Below, piece after piece: positions 32,671-47,049 of a stretch of 64,000 nt of DNA. This DNA comes from Lama guanicoe. Taxonomy: Eukaryota. The position numbers and the translations under genes were made by a program. Within the stretch, counting starts at the first letter, position 1. Every line of letters starts with the position of its first letter. The DNA is taken from the NCBI GenBank assembly GCA_013239625.1, contig MU054831.1, forward strand, positions 373,457 through 437,456, read 5' to 3'. The notes beneath the pieces were generated by a model that saw only the letters and a program-made list of their open reading frames with translations, did not search any database and was not told where the DNA came from.

Positions 32671-35600
32671 TGTAATTATTTCTTCCTTCTCTTGGTCCTC
32701 ATCTTCAGAAGTTGACACATTTAAACATTCGGCCTTGACAAGTTTACCTGATGTTTCCTCTTACAGCATCTCCAGGTCTTCTCTAAAGCTTGGGGTCAAG
32801 AAGGCAATATTATACCCACACAGTCCTTCTGGTCCAGTAGTGGGGCTGGCCAGACCTTTGCAGCAAGATAGATATTCTACCCCAAAATAAGCACAGTAAA
32901 GTTGTCCTGGGTCTCTTAGAATTTTGACACTCTCTCATTGATTCACTGAACATGAGTACATGTCTGTCAGTAGGTTTCCTGTAAGGAAGTGAATGAATCA
33001 AAGTCCGGGTCCTGAAGCCACTGCAGCCACCTTCAGGGGATCAGTTCATTTCTGCTGGACTAGTGTTTCCGTTTTCCTGTTGCAGCAACCCAGCTCTCCC
33101 GCCTCTGGCTGCCTCTGTGGCGTAATCTTACTAACACTCAGGTCTCGTGGAGTGAGTTCCCCCTTGGTTTACCTGCCCTCAGCCTTTGTCTGGAGGACAG
33201 GATAAGCCCTTGGTGGACGTGTACTTGTCTGGAGCCCCCACAGTGCAGCATGTGTCCTGGTTGTGGCCAGCGCCCTGTGTGTGTGGAGGGCTGAACAGAC
33301 AGGACCGTGCTGATTGTGAAAGGGGAATATTCTGAACGCTTGTCCTTTACTGGCTCTGGTGAGCTCTGTGCTGAGCAGCCGAGGCTCTGAGGGGCTTGTT
33401 GGCTGAAGAAGTAAGTGGCCTCAGCTCGACTTGCTGCTCTTCAGCCACCATAGACTTTGTTGCCTTCACAGATGGTGTCCAGGGGCTGGCTGACGCTCGG
33501 AACATCGTATCCTCCTGCCTCTCCCTGTGCTGGGTCACCCGTGTCAGCATTGTTCCTTTGTCTGGCCTTCTAGCATCTCATTCTGAGGTGTGGGTTGAAC
33601 TGGGGACCAGATTTCTGAGGTGGAGCAGTAGCTCGGCCTTGCTCTGCGAGCAGGAGATGCTGTCTTCCCAGCCATGAGGCCAATGTGGCGCTTAAAGCTT
33701 GTAGACACGGTGCAGCTGGACCAGGGCCACTTGAGGTTTCCTTCTTGAGGGAGGACACCACTTGAGCCAGAGGCATTCGGTGTGAATCATTCTCTCTGCA
33801 GCGTAAACCATTGTGCCCTTCCAGGCAAGCTCTGCGGTGCGCGGGTGGCAGTGCAGCATGTCGGGCCTGCGCGTCACTGGGCCCGGGTGGCTGGACTTCC
33901 GTGGATGGGAACTGGGAGCCGAGAACCTCCCCCCAGGCCGAGGCTGCAGCGCCCCGAGAGCTCTGGGTGCATGGTTCTGGGGGAGGGAAGGCGCCGTGGG
34001 AGCGACTGCCTGTGTGGCAACCGCTGTGCCTGTGGGAGGCGTACCTAGGGGGCCCCGGAGGGAGCTGTGCTCTGAAGAGGTTGCCACGGTAGACAGCCCT
34101 GCCCGCGGGAGACGGCGGGGCTGGAGAGCCGCCCTCATCTCCGAGGGCCTGGCCCTCGGGGCCTGGCGGGGCCGGAGGGAAGAGGAGGCCGTTCAGGTGG
34201 AGAGCTGGAAGAAGCCCTCCTTGAAGCAGAGCGTGTGTTGGCGTTGCTGCTGGTTTTGAAATTGGGGTTGAGGTGAGTGACTTGCTGAGAAGTAGTTCCA
34301 GTGGTTCTGCCCCGCGGGCTCCCTTCGTGGTGCAGTGTGTGATTTCTGGGTCCTTGTTACAAAGACTTGAAGGCTTTTTGCCCTCACTGTAACTCTTTTT
34401 CTTTAGAAATTAAAAAAAAAGTGAAAGAGGAAAAGACTTCCGCGTTCTTTTCTGCCTTTCTGATGTACCGTTCCGACAGTTAACGAACCATGTTCGCTTG
34501 ATGGTGTCCTGTAACCTGTAGATAGAGGGCCCTGAGTGCGTCGAGTGGAGCTTCAGATTTATTTCTCCTTCACTCTGTGCTCTTCACGTTGGAGATGGTG
34601 CCCTGACCCCTGGACGCAGATGTTAGGTGACGGCAGGTGTGGACACCCAGCTCTTGCTGGCGGGGGAGAAGAAAATCTAATGTGCGGCAGGATCCTGATC
34701 GATTTTACTTTGTAGCCAGTGTATCTGTTACTCTTCATTTCACTGATAAGCTTTCTAATTTTATTAATACTTAACCCATTCATAGATACCTTTCAAATGG
34801 AATTACTGAATTTAACCGTTTTGACTTTTTCTGATAAACAGAAGATTAGTTAAGTGGTCCTAAGGCACTGGCTTGAATCAGTCTGTGTGAGATAATTTGA
34901 AGAATAGTTTTTTTCTTTAGAAACAAGGCTTCTATTTTGACGTATTTGCTTATACTTAGAGCTGACTCTCCCGCCCCGGAACCAAAGTTCTGTGTCCCCT
35001 TTGTTGCCCGAGCAGTGAGCTCAGCAGGGCTGCAGGGCTGCCCGTGCCCGGGGCCCTTGGCTCCTGAGCTCAGCCTGGCGGTCTCTGGGATGTCCCGACA
35101 AGAGCCAGCTGCAGCCAGGGTAACCCGGCAGGCTCAGTGCTCCTTGGGGGCCGCCCTTAGTTTCCGCAGGTGTGGGAGGTGATTGCCGGTTCCCTTGAGA
35201 TGGGTGAGTGCAGTTCCCTGAAAGACTGGGTAGCAGAGGGGAAGATGGTGTTGCGGGGGAGTGTCAAGGGCCGATCTTTAAAAGCACGAGCTGGCTCCCC
35301 TCTGACCTTTGAAAGCTGCTTTGCTTCTGGAGCAGTGTGGTGTGTCTCACATTCCTGTCCGAGGTGGGATGGGGCTTTAGGTGTGCCTGGCTGCCAGGGA
35401 CGCGCTGACCTGGAGAGAGTGCAAAACTCCAGGCTCGATGTCGTCCAGTGGTTCCCCAGTGGTTCCCCTGGCGCGGGGAGTGTCAGGCTAACCCTCGAGC
35501 AGGAGGCGGCGGGGGAGGTTCGGGGTGATTGTGGGTCTTCCCTCGCCAGCAGGTCTCACTGCAGTTGACATGTATAGTGAGTAGGTTTTTGGTATCAGTG

Positions 35601-38600
35601 GACGTATGGCTTTATTGAAGGCTGTTTTCGTTTTAGCTGGTTTAGAACCTGTGTGTGTCGGGAGGCTTCTTACAGGAATATTTTAACTCCAGAATGTACT
35701 TGTCTTGTCTTCTTACCTCCTCTCCCGAGTCCTGGGGTGGGGGGGTGCTGTGAGTGTTCTCCTTTCTTTTAAGCCATTGCTGGTTGGTCAGTCTCCTAGC
35801 TGGTCTAAGGACCACTCCCTCCCTGTGGGCAGCGCTCCCCTGAGCTGCCTGGCTGGCTTCCTCTGCTGGCGTTTCCAACTTTGTTTCTTGCTCGAGGATA
35901 GTCTGGTGGCAGCTCGGATGGAGCATCCTGAGCTCTTCCTGTGGACGTGGCGTCTGAGGAGCTCTCGGAGCACTGGGGGTGGGGGGCGGGGGCTCCCGCA
36001 GGCCTCCTGCTTCCCCCACCCGTGGGGACCCGGACTGTGTCAGCATGTCAAGGCTGTGCCATCAGCAGCTTCCTTGACACTCTATGATGGTTTAAAAATC
36101 TGGTTTCATGAACTTTGAAAAAATGGTATGTAACGGACTTTAGCATCACAAAATCATTGTAAAATTGAGGTGAAACTTTGTTACGCTGCATAAAATGTGG
36201 GTGAAGAGTGCGTTGATCAAAGTAGTTGAATTCACGTTAAATATAATTAAAATTGAGTTTTGGCTGAGTTGAATGGTCAATGTCATTTGCAACCCCTCTC
36301 CTGTGTCAGTGTGTTTATTTCCAAGTTAGGACATTTATTTTTTAATTACCGAAGTAGTGCTGCCCCCTCTGATGTGCTGCTATGATCGCTGTGCTCACAG
36401 AGCAGGTGCAGGTCTGTGCACTGCACCTTCGGAACCCCCGCAAGTGACTTGGGGACGGGAACCTCATCACCCTTGGATATTTCGGTGTGTTTCCCACAAA
36501 CAAGACTCCCTCCTCCACATTCAGCCGTCAGAGTGAGGACGTTGACGTTAATGCTTTGCTAACTTGAGATCAGTTTGCATTTCACCAGAAGGATCCAGTT
36601 CACAGTCCTGTGTTAACATTTCGTTGTCAGATCTCTTTCAAGCTGGAACGTCCACTCCATCTCACCTTGGCTTCCCCTGCCTTAATGATTACAGGCAGTT
36701 ACTTTTTGCAGTGTCCCTCACAGTGAGCCTGCCTGTTGTTTTCTTTCGATTATATTGAGGTTTTGCATCTTCGGCGGGAACAGAAGGGATGCCGGGTTCT
36801 CCACCTCACATCGTGTCAGCTGGCACCAACTCAGGGTGTCCCTTACCAGTGACAGTCCCCTGATCACTTGGTTAGTGGGCTGGTGTCTGCCAGGCCTCTC
36901 CACGGGGATGTCTTTGTAATTGGCAAGACTTACATCTGTTCCTGGGAAACTTCCAGCTTCCTCGTCTGTATCAGCATGGCTTCCCATTTCACTCAGTAGG
37001 TCATCGTCTTTTGTTATCATAGTTAGTTTTGATGCTCATTTGCCCGTGTTTGGCCAGTGGGCGCCCCTCACAGCCAGCTCCTGTGTCCTTCTGGCGAGTC
37101 CCCACTATTCGCAGTACTTCCTGCTCTCCCGCCGCAGACCCAAAACCAGCCTTTTCTTCAAGGAGGCCATTCCATTTTTTGATGGTTGGTGCTCAAAGAA
37201 GCAGTCTGGCACCAGGTGCATTGTTGGGATGTTGCTACACCCAGACCTTCTTCATGGTCAGAGATGCAGAGTGTGTGTGAACATACATGCACACGCACAC
37301 AGACATACAAATGCCCATGTATTTACAACACACTCTTGTCTATTTTTATCTCTGTGAAAAGACATGAGTTCATTCCAGAACCTCCAATTTCTGTCTAATA
37401 CCGGGGTTCGTTCCAGTCTCTCCCTTTCCTCATTGGTAGCTCCCTTTTCCAGCAGTGCAGTCCTGCTGCCAGTGTCCCTAGCACGTTGACCTGTGTGGTT
37501 AGTCACGGTCTCCTGTTGCTGCCCCTCTCCTTCACAGATGCCTTCTGCCCGCTTCACCTCACTCAGCCTCTGATACCCTTGCTGTGGGGACACCCTCTTA
37601 CATGGAACTCATGTCCTAGTTTTTAAAAGTGAAGCTCTACACACTATCTTTTTGCCTCTCCGGGCTGTTGCCCAAGCATCACTCCCGTGCTGGCGACTGC
37701 GTCATGTCCTGTGTGGCTGGTCACCACTTTCCCATGGGTGCACACTGTCTTTCCAGTTCTTTGCAAGTCACGGTACGGCTGCAGCCCTCCTGCCCCTGTT
37801 GCACCTGTGCCTTCTGCGCCCCTGTGCGGCTACTTCTAGAAGAGTAGCTTCTGTGGAGTGTCATCACTGAACTGGACTGTGTGGGAAAACTGCGTTCTAA
37901 TTTTGCACGCCCTCGGCGGTCAAGTCGCCTGTTTCCTCACCAGTTCACAAACTGCAACCCTGTTGTTCGTCTTTGCTGATGGCGTGGAGCAAGGACTGAG
38001 TGAGATGAAGAGGCAGTGTTAGTTAATCCTCTGTGAACTGTGTTGATACATCCTGGCCTGTTCAGATGTTTTCCAAACAGGGGAACTCTGTTTGCACCCT
38101 AACTTCTGTGTTAGGTAGGTAGCCTTCACCATTTACAGTACTTAAGCTCCACTGGGCTCAGAGGAATCCGTATCTTCCTTGATAGCGTCTGCAGCCTGTA
38201 TATTCGGTGGCTTTTGCACCCTCCAGGCACAGGGTTTTCTCCTCAGTCTTACGGTTCCTCAGGGCTGGGTTATTTAGTGTCCGATCCCTAGTCCAGCTGA
38301 AATTTATCTTGGTGTACATGGCATAAGGTAGGGATCAACCTTTGTATTTGTTTCAAAGTGGATTAGGAATGGGCCCAGTTCTCTTTGCTGCTAGCGCATC
38401 CTTCCAGCTGACGTGAAATGGACTTGTCCCCACTGGTAACCCTGTGACACACTTGAGTCGGCTTCACTTAGCCTTTTCGTCTTCCTGAGCCACAGCCACC
38501 AAGTACTAATTACCACTGCTTTGTGGTGTGCTTTGCTTGTTTGAGGTGAATCCCGCCCCCCGCCCTTGTTTCTTTAATTTTCTTCTTCAGCAAATTACGT

Positions 38601-38687
38601 AGACCAGTTTTATTTTTTGGTGAATTGGGAAATCTTTTTTACTGTCTTTAAAAAAAAAACAGAAACAAAAAACCCCTGCTGACACAT

Positions 38688-39098
38688 TGTGTTAGTTTCC
38701 TAGGGCCATGGTAAATTACCACAAATTTAGTAGTTTAGAGCAACAGAAATTTATTCTCTCACAGCTCTGGAGGCCAGAAATCTGAAATCTGGCCGGCCAC
38801 ACCCGCTCTGGGCTCCAGCGGAGGAACTGTTCCTTGCCTCCCGCAGCTTCTGGGGCTGCTCCCACAGCCCGCGCGCACCTTGGGGTCCGGTGTTCCAGGC
38901 TCTGCCTCCGTCTCCCCGCTAGCTTTCTCCTTGTTACATCTCTTTGCCTTACGTTTTGAAGGCACTTAGGACCCACCCACACAATCCAGGGTAATCTTTA
39001 ATTGCATCTGGAAAGACTTTTCTTCCAAATAATGTTAACGTTTACATTCCAGATGTCAGGACTGAATGTTTAAGGTGGCTGTTACTCAGCCCGCCACA
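38688..39098 (-). mobile_element. MLT1B/C-like MaLR LTR
   Basis: TGTGTTAGTTTCCTAGGGCC..GTAAATTACCACAAATTTAGTAGTTTAGAGCAACAGAAATTTATTCTCTCACAGCTCTGGAGGCCAGAAATCTGAAATC ... ACTCAGCCCGCCACA. Confidence 0.75.
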
Positions 39099-39547
39099 GA
39101 TGTGACGTGGCATTTCCTTGAGGGTGGAGGTGAACTTGGAGAAAGCAGACATCCTGTGACAAGTCCCCAGGATGAGACTTGGCATCGTATTCATGGCTTG
39201 GGCATCTGGTGTGTGTGTGTATTTTGCTGACATTGAACTTTTCTTCAGTTTTCCTAGCTTTTCACTGTCACAGAGGGGTCTCCTAGACAGACGGTTATCT
39301 GCAAATAGAGGCGTTTGTGTCTCTGAGTACTTATTTCTCCTTAGGCTGCACGTTTGACCACAGGAGACATCTTTGCTGATTTGTTACTTATTTTAATAAG
39401 ATAATCTTAGCTTTTCACTAAATATGATGTATTTTACTTCAGGGAAATAGTCTTCAGATAGCCATTCCCTTCTACCCCTGGTGTTAACCTCCTTGGGAAG
39501 TAAGAAATAGATGCTGAATTCATCAGTCTCTTGGGCGTTTTTCAGTC

Positions 39548-39663
39548 TTTTTTTGAGGTGGAGGTAATTAGGTTCATTTATTTTTAATGGAGGTCCTGGG
39601 AATTGACCCCAGGACCTCGTGCATGCTAGGCATGCGCTCTACCACTGAGCTGTACCCTCCCCC
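39548..39663 (-). mobile_element. Vic-1-type camelid tRNA-derived SINE
   Basis: Minus strand reads GGGGGAGGGTACAGCTCAGTGGTAGAGCGCATGCCTAGCATGCACGAGGTCCTGGGGTCAATTCCCAGGACCTCCATTAAAAATAAATGAACCTAATTACCTCCACCTCAAAAAAA: A box, B-box-like motif and the characteristic CCTAATTACCTCC tail. Partial TSD TGGGC(G/A)TTTTT. Confidence 0.85.
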
Positions 39664-41239
39664 TGGGCATTTTTTAAATAATCTATCAGTCATGTATCTG
39701 TGTTTACTTGTTGACACAAGTGTGAGGTGCATACATTGCCTAGTACTGACTCCTTGCTGCATCCCTAGAACGTAGTGCATTACTCTCTAGATTTAGAGTG
39801 GATTTATTAGGTTGGTGTTTTTTTAAAATGTTATGTGTTTGTAAACTGATTTGTAGTTGACAGTCTCTTTTCTCTGCAGCATCCACTCATTGTTTTGAGG
39901 AGGCAAAACAGTGCCCTGATTTTCCTCTAGGGAGCCACCCTTTCCACCATGTACAAGCCATGTGTCTTGGATGAAATGGCCCAGCTGCGTGAGTAGACCC
40001 TGATTGGCTGTGGCTTATAGACATATCCCATCCCCTTGGCCCCTTGACTATAGTTATTGGTCCCCTAATGGGCTTAGAACCCAATTAATACCAGTGAGCT
40101 ACAAAAATAATTTATGGGGTCCCCATGGGGCAAAGAAGCTCTTACTTCCTTGGGAGCTACCGGAGATGTAATCACTGCCGTTTGTAGCACTGTTCTTACT
40201 CAATACCAGGCAGGGATAGTGCTGTATCAGTGTGAGCATGTGTTCTTCGTGGTCTTTCCGTGGCTTTGCCAGACTAGAGAGTTCATTGCTTTTGGATCGC
40301 TTCTTCAGAGAAGCCAGTTCTGGCTTTGACTGACCAAGCTAAGCTGCCTTTGTTTCTTCTGTTTTCTTGTTCACCAGTTCTTCTTTTGTTTATATATTCA
40401 CACTATTTTCTTTGATTTTTTTTTTCTTTCCATCTTGACTTGAATGCTTAGCTCATTTATCCTCATTCCTCTTTATAATTAACTTCGCAAGTTTGATTAA
40501 TCCTCAAAGTGCAGCTTTGGGAGTGTCCTGCAGACCTTGGTGAGTAGTTCTCTTTGATGTTTTTTTAGCCTTTTTGTTAGAAAACCTTTCAAGCGAATCC
40601 CAAGATAGGAGAGAATACTGATATTTCATACACCTGTCACCCAGCTTTAACAATTACCAAAATTTTACCATTCTCATTTTATCTTTCCCTGCTTGTCCCC
40701 TACTCGCCATACTTTTCATTTTGAGTTTGAGTGTTTTAAAGCAAATTTCACGTTTTGTGTCCCTTGTAAATACTTAGAGCATGGGTCTTTAGTAGATGAG
40801 GGTTTTAAAGAAATCATATCTAAAAAACGTGTTAATAGTTAACAATTCAGTATCTATTCTGTGTCAGTTTTCTCCAAATGTCACAAAATAGTTTTTACCT
40901 TTGGTTTGTTTGAATCAAAACCTGAAGAAGTTCTCCACACTGCATTAAAATCTAGGCAATTAAAAATCTTTGACAGTTCCTTGTCCTCTTTTTTAAAAAA
41001 GTGCTGCTTGTTTGTAAAAGCACCAAGGCCGTTTGGGCTGTGGCTTCTCCCACACTCTGGATTTGGTTGGGTGTATCTTGTGGTGGTATGTGATGCATTT
41101 CTCTGATCCGCAGAGGTCTTGTTTGTTTGTTTTTGTTCTTTCAAAAGTGGAGTGGGGAGGGGGCCAGGAACACATCCTTTTTTATCAACCAGTTATCTAA
41201 TGGGCTTAATAGCCATTTTGCTTATGTCCATTGTTTCAT

Positions 41240-41535
41240 TGGTCGGTTTCCTGTTGCTGATGTCACAAACTACCACACAGTTGGCTGAAGTCTGCCTCCC
41301 TGGGCTGAGTCTGGGTGTCAGCAGGGCCCCCTCCTGGCTGCTTTAGGGGACTGTCGATTCCTTGCCTTCTTCAACTTGTTGAAGCTCCTGCATTCCCTGT
41401 GGCCCCTCCTCCGTCTTCAAAAGTGCATGATTTTAAGGACACTTACTTAATTCTTAGCTTAATTCATTTGTAACATGTACAGGTTCCAGGGCTAAGTACT
41501 GGATATCTTTGGGGGGGCCATGATTTAGCCTGCAA
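41240..41535 (-). mobile_element. MLT1D-like LTR fragment
   Basis: GTTTCCTGTTGCTGATGTCACAAACTACCACA ... ACAGGTTCCAGGGCTAAGTACTGGATATCTTTGGGGGGGCCATGATTTAGCCT. Confidence 0.6.
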
Positions 41536-44500
41536 TTGGCAGTTGCAAAATGAATGTTTTCCTAATTCTGTTTCTATATTTACTTATTGGCATTTTTACA
41601 TGAAGAAGTTTTCCTTTATCAATTCTGGTTACTTTGAAATATAATTCCTGCTGGAGAGAAAGGAGAAATGGTTTCATTCCTTTATTAACATTTAGAATAC
41701 GTATGGACTGGCAGCTTCGGAAGCAACAGTGCACTTTTGTTGCTCCCCCCCCCAGTGTTATAAACTTGTGGATATGCAGATAATTGTGTTTCAGCCCATT
41801 GGTATTCGTGTTGTTTCCCAAATTGGCTTCTGTGTTCCTTGGACGTGACCCCACTAGTCTGACTGTGTCCTTGCTTTCAAGGACGTCCCGTCTTGTCCAT
41901 CTTCTGCACTAGACCTGGAACCGCCTGTTCTTCCAAGGAACTCTGGCTCTTCTGAGTGGGGAGCCGTGTGGACGCTGCGGTACACGTGCTGGGAGGCCTT
42001 GTGCCTCTGCGCTGCTCCTCGGAGCAGACAGACCTCGGAAGCAGTCGTGAATTCAGATGAAGATGTACTTGTGCTGAAAATCGTGATTTTAAGGCTGTTG
42101 ACTTGACTACCTAGTCCCCTTATCCTGCACCGTGAAGCACTTTCAGAATGATGTTAACTAGAGTTAGTAGGGTGTATCCCACCTGGAGTATACTGTCAGG
42201 TTGTTGTGTTTGAAAGTTACGATTTCTCTGATGCTTATGCCGCCAAAGTGACGTTGTTAGGTTGATTTCAATTTTTTTTTAGTAAAATTGTTTAAGTATG
42301 ATAAACATACAGAGAGCTGTGCAAATCCTTAGTGAAAATTCATTGAGCCATAAGCATTAATGACACCCACCTATGTAACCCGAATCACAATAAAGGGGTA
42401 GGACATACTTGTTTTCAGTTTGTTCTCTGATTTACATGGTTCTAAAGGCAAAGCTGTGAATCATGGCATATTCATGAGTTTGATTCCATCCCTGTCCCTC
42501 CTCCCTTTTTTCCTTCTCCCATTGTTTCTTGAAGATACAGCCAGACAGGTAGACACTTGTGTTTCTGACTCTTTCTGGGAGTAAGGGCACATAGTCTGCA
42601 CCTGCTGCCTCCTTTGCGTTTCCCACCGACTGCATGACCTAGAGACCGTGCATAACTGCATGTGGAGATCTTGTCCAGCCCCTTGCGCGTCACTGCGTGG
42701 ACACAGGATCCAGTCTGCCTCCTCCTTAAGGAGTTTGTGGTTGCTTCCAGACTTCTTTAGCTTCTGTGTCTCACCATCTCTGCTCTTGCCCTTCCACAAC
42801 CGCTTCTTCACACAGTGAGTGGAGTTCACCGCAAGTGGGTCTTCTTGTCTCTTGGAGCTGGCCTCCATGGGTTCCCTGTGGTCGAGCTGCTGTGCTGGTC
42901 TGGACCCCGGTGCCCCTGCTCCCTGTCCTTGGCTGCCCATGGAGCCTCGGCCAGTTGTCTTTGTCTTCTGTCCCTCTTTGGTGATTACTGGTTTTCTAGT
43001 GGTGGGGTTAACGCTTGCCCTGTCCTGCCTTTTCTCCTGACAGATGGCACCTCTGAGTTCCTGCTCCCCAGATGCTCTCACAGTGTGGCAGCCTACCCTG
43101 GGTCCAGGGTTTGACTCAGGACCGAGGTTAGATAGCTCTGCTTTGGTCTGGGTACTTACTGTACTTGGATTACTGCACCTTGATGTTGAATTAGTTCTTT
43201 CGTAGGGGCTGGAGGGGACAGCTGTATTACTAAGGGTTTCTAGGAGGTCTTTAAATCCCAAAGTGGGGTTTAACCCCAGGGCAGACGTAGAAAGATGGTA
43301 TCAGAAGAGACGGAGGAATCCCGTCTCCTCATTTAGCAAACGAGGAGACAACCCGGTTGAAGAGGTGTGGCTTGCCCCTGTCGACAAACAGATGGCACCC
43401 TGGAGCGCTGCTGAGGCTGGAATCTGGAGAGGAGAGGCTGGGAGGCTGGATTTTTCTGTGCCTATTGTATGAACATGAGCCCGTGGAACTTTTCTGTGTA
43501 GGAGAAAAGTATCTTCAAGTATCAGTTGCCCTAGGTCAACCTTGAAATTACTTTGTTTCTTGTAATGTGATTGTAGGACTGATGGGGAGACTGCCGGAGC
43601 CCCTTCCTCTGTGGCCATTCCATCCTCGTCCTTCTCTTCCCAGGAACGCCGTCGCCGATGAGGCAGGGCCAGTGGACGTCCAGCCTGTACAGACCAGTGT
43701 ATGTGTGGAGGAGCTGCTCTGAAGCACAGCATTCAGAGATGTGTCAGTGATGCCCTTCTGCCCCGAAGCAGCGGTTGTCTCTCTGACACAGTCAGACTTT
43801 TAGAGAAGGAGACCCCGAGGAGGCATCTCACCCTGACAGCCACCCCGCAGGGAGCGGGTCACCGGGCAGGAAGGGCTCTGCCCAGTTTCCCAGGGTACGA
43901 GTCCAGACTGCCCCCTCTCAAGGACCTTCGTCTTTGTGCTTAGGTGGAAGGTGTCTCTGCTCGTTGTTCTGGTCGTGTGCTGGCAGCTGCACAGAGCCCC
44001 GGTCCTTCTGCGCTGCTCTCCGCACACTTGAGACAGTTGAGGTGCCTTCCAGTTCTCAAAGAGTTTTGATGGGCCAAAGTCTTATCCTCTCTGCGATCAG
44101 CAGTCCCTCACCAAGAAATTACAGCAGCAAAAGGCTTACTTTAGACTTCTTGCTGATAACATGGTCTATGGAACAGGAAAGAAGATTCTTGTGACTCTGC
44201 CCTTACTTGTTTGTCATAGCTCATGCGGTTAGTAGCACCTCTTATTCCCCTCTCCAACGGGAAGCATCTTTGTCGAGAAAGTAAGCGTCACATAGTACAG
44301 AGCATGCCCCGCCCCCCAGTTACCTGTGGTGAGCACTTAACACTTGTCCAACCATAATTTCTGTACCTGTTAAAACATACTTTTTTGGCAAGTGGTATAT
44401 GGAATGTACGCTGTGTTCACATGTGCTCACCTCCTGACTTCACAGTAAAATTGCTGTCTTTCCGAGGCAGTAAGTGCAGTCCCCTCCTTAACCTGGAACC

Positions 44501-45664
44501 GATGCTTCTCACGCCCAGCTCTGTGCTCCTGTCCTTTGTTCTCAATGGCTTGAGTGTCCTTCTGGAGATATTTTATGCACAAACAGGTCTCTCTGACAGC
44601 TGGTTACACATCAGTATGACCACAACTGCCCTTTTCTCGCTGCTGACACAGACACTGGGGACGTGGCTGGAACGGGGGCACTCACACCATGCAGGGCCGA
44701 GACCTTGTGTTGGAGGCCCTGCTGGCTGTTCTGCATAATCTCTTCGTACATAAACCAGCCACATGTCATCTAGGACGTTCAGCATCAGTTTCTTTGAGGT
44801 GGATCAGGAATTTAAGACACTTACAAAGCAGTTAGAATGTAGGGTTCCTTGAGATTTCTAAGATTTTTTTCAGTGTGACAGTTTTTTTAAGGCAAACTGG
44901 CTTTACTGAGAATTTCGATGTGGTAAACTTTAAGTGTTCATAGAAACATCTCTCTTGACTCTTACTTCCTTACTTGTATTATTTTTATCTTATGTGATTA
45001 CATTAACAAGCAGAACTGGCATGCGCGGCTTGGGGATCCAGCATGTACCGTCGCTGGTGGGGCTGGAGCCAGGCGTCCATCTGGGGAGAGGGGTGTCAGC
45101 TCATAGTTCTCTGGGAGCACGGAGGCTTGGGTGTTTGTGAAAGTCAGGTGTGAGGCTGTGTGCTACAGTCTCCTCCTGGTGGAAACAGCACAGGTGTCCA
45201 GTCCTTGCTTCTACAAAAATGCTGCAGTATATTTACCTTTGGACGTATCTATGAACATATATGCGAGAAAGTCTTAGAAGTAGCAATTGGTGAGTCAAAG
45301 AAAATTTGCATTTTAAATTACAACGTGTGATTAAATGTCTCTTCAAGGAGGTCACGTCTGTTTTTATTCCTCTGGTGTCCTCCCAGCTTTTCTGTCATCC
45401 TACTGTGTTTCTGCCGACTTGAGAGGTGAAATGTAGAGTCTCATCCTGCCTTCGAACTGCATTTTTTTGTACACGTTAAGTAAATGTTGCTTGCATTTCT
45501 GTGAAAGATTGACTGTTTTTATAAAGTTTATTAATAAGGACAACTTTTTGTCAGGTTGCATAGCTGCTTCGATTCAGAAAAACAGCTCTTGTGGCCTTGC
45601 TGTTCAGTAAGAGCTCCACATGTCAGCTAAAAGTTTCTAGTGTCCAGCTTAAAAAAAAAAGGAA

Positions 45665-45835
45665 ACAAGTGAAATTTAAGTCAGTGATACATTGTGGCTG
45701 GCCTAATCCACGATACCACTGCAGCATGTAATCAGCATAACATTACCAATGTGTCTTTCAGACGTTACAACCTGTGTCAGTTCAAACTAGCCACATCTCA
45801 TGTGTCCGTGGACACACGTCAGCCAGCACGGCTCT
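45665..45835. mobile_element. MER3/MER33-like DNA transposon remnant
   Basis: CATGTAATCAGCATAA ... TCAGTTCAAACTAGCCACATCTCATGTGTCCGTGGACACACGTCAGCCAG. Confidence 0.45.
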
Positions 45836-47049
45836 CTGCAGAGGACTGTTTCATTTCATTTCTATGGAAGTCCATTAACTTACTCTTTTGAACTTAAGCT
45901 TTGTCCCAGCTGCATCTTAAAAAGAGTTATAAGGTGTATTTGTCTGACACATATTCTTAATTTAGACTAAATAAATATCATTCTTTACTCATCTGTATAA
46001 AGTTATGCCGTTTCAGTATTTATAAAATTAACATAATACAGTATTATGTTAAATGTATTCTTTTAGCAGAATGTGGTATGTTTATTTAGTGGAATTAAAT
46101 GCTAATATTCCCAAATAGTTGGATACTACTATAGAGCAGATTATCTTCCTTGATCTTTTTAACAATTTACAGAGGCCCCAGGGTTTATACAGATGGGAAA
46201 CAGAGCTTAAACAACCAGCCAGGGTGACCCAGATACTGTCTCACCAGATTCCGAAGGTGGGTCCTGACAGCAGGTTTGTGTTCTTCATACAGTCTTCTCA
46301 CTGGAGAGGCCTGTCATGGCTCAGCTAAAACTCAGTTAAGTTACCGTCTTTGCACCACGTGGAAGTGCATGTCGTTGAGGAGAATTCTTTGTCACCCTTT
46401 CTGTCACTTCCTAGAACGAAGTGGCGCTGACAAGAGTTAGCGGAGGAGGAGCAGAACCACGTGAGAGGAAAGTCATTGCCGCCTGCTCTGTGCTCCGCTC
46501 TCACCTGAACTTGGACTGCTATTACTTGGGGGAAACAGTGCTGAGTTGAATGTACATATGGTAGTTAAAGGAACCTGGTTTTGGTGTTTTCGATATTAGA
46601 ATATGCTACAGGTCAACTTGGGTTGATGCTACAGTTTGTATTTATAGCCGTGTATAAGTAAGCTTAATCCTGAAAGGAGTTTTTTAGTATGTTTAGCTGT
46701 CCAGAGTGATGAAAACATTCTTTGCCCTGACCTGAACACCACCCTCGGTGTGGGAGGGCGGACTGTGTTGAACACCCCCTGCCCTTAGCACCGGCTCCCT
46801 GCAGGGCTGCAGGGCTCCTGAGCAAGCATCAGTCCTGGACGCTCCCAAGCCCCAGGCTTGTCCCCTGGCGCCATCAACGGGACCCTCCTTGAACCATTTC
46901 CTGTCAGGATACACCTCAGTTTGTCTGCTGATGTGTCTCTATGTGTAGATGTTGAGCACCGCTGGCTCTGGCTGACGGTGCTGTGATGTGGTTCTCGCAC
47001 ACGGTTCCCTCACCCACGTGGGAGAGCTTGTTCCTGTCGCGGGTACTAG

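Noticed and set aside
39585-39663. tRNA-like sequence
   Set aside because: Degenerate stems and B box, plus a SINE tail, poly(A) and partial TSD; it is a SINE, not a tRNA gene.
42461-43261. 266-aa ORF on the - strand
   Set aside because: Non-ATG start, no recognisable homology or splice context; intronic antisense.
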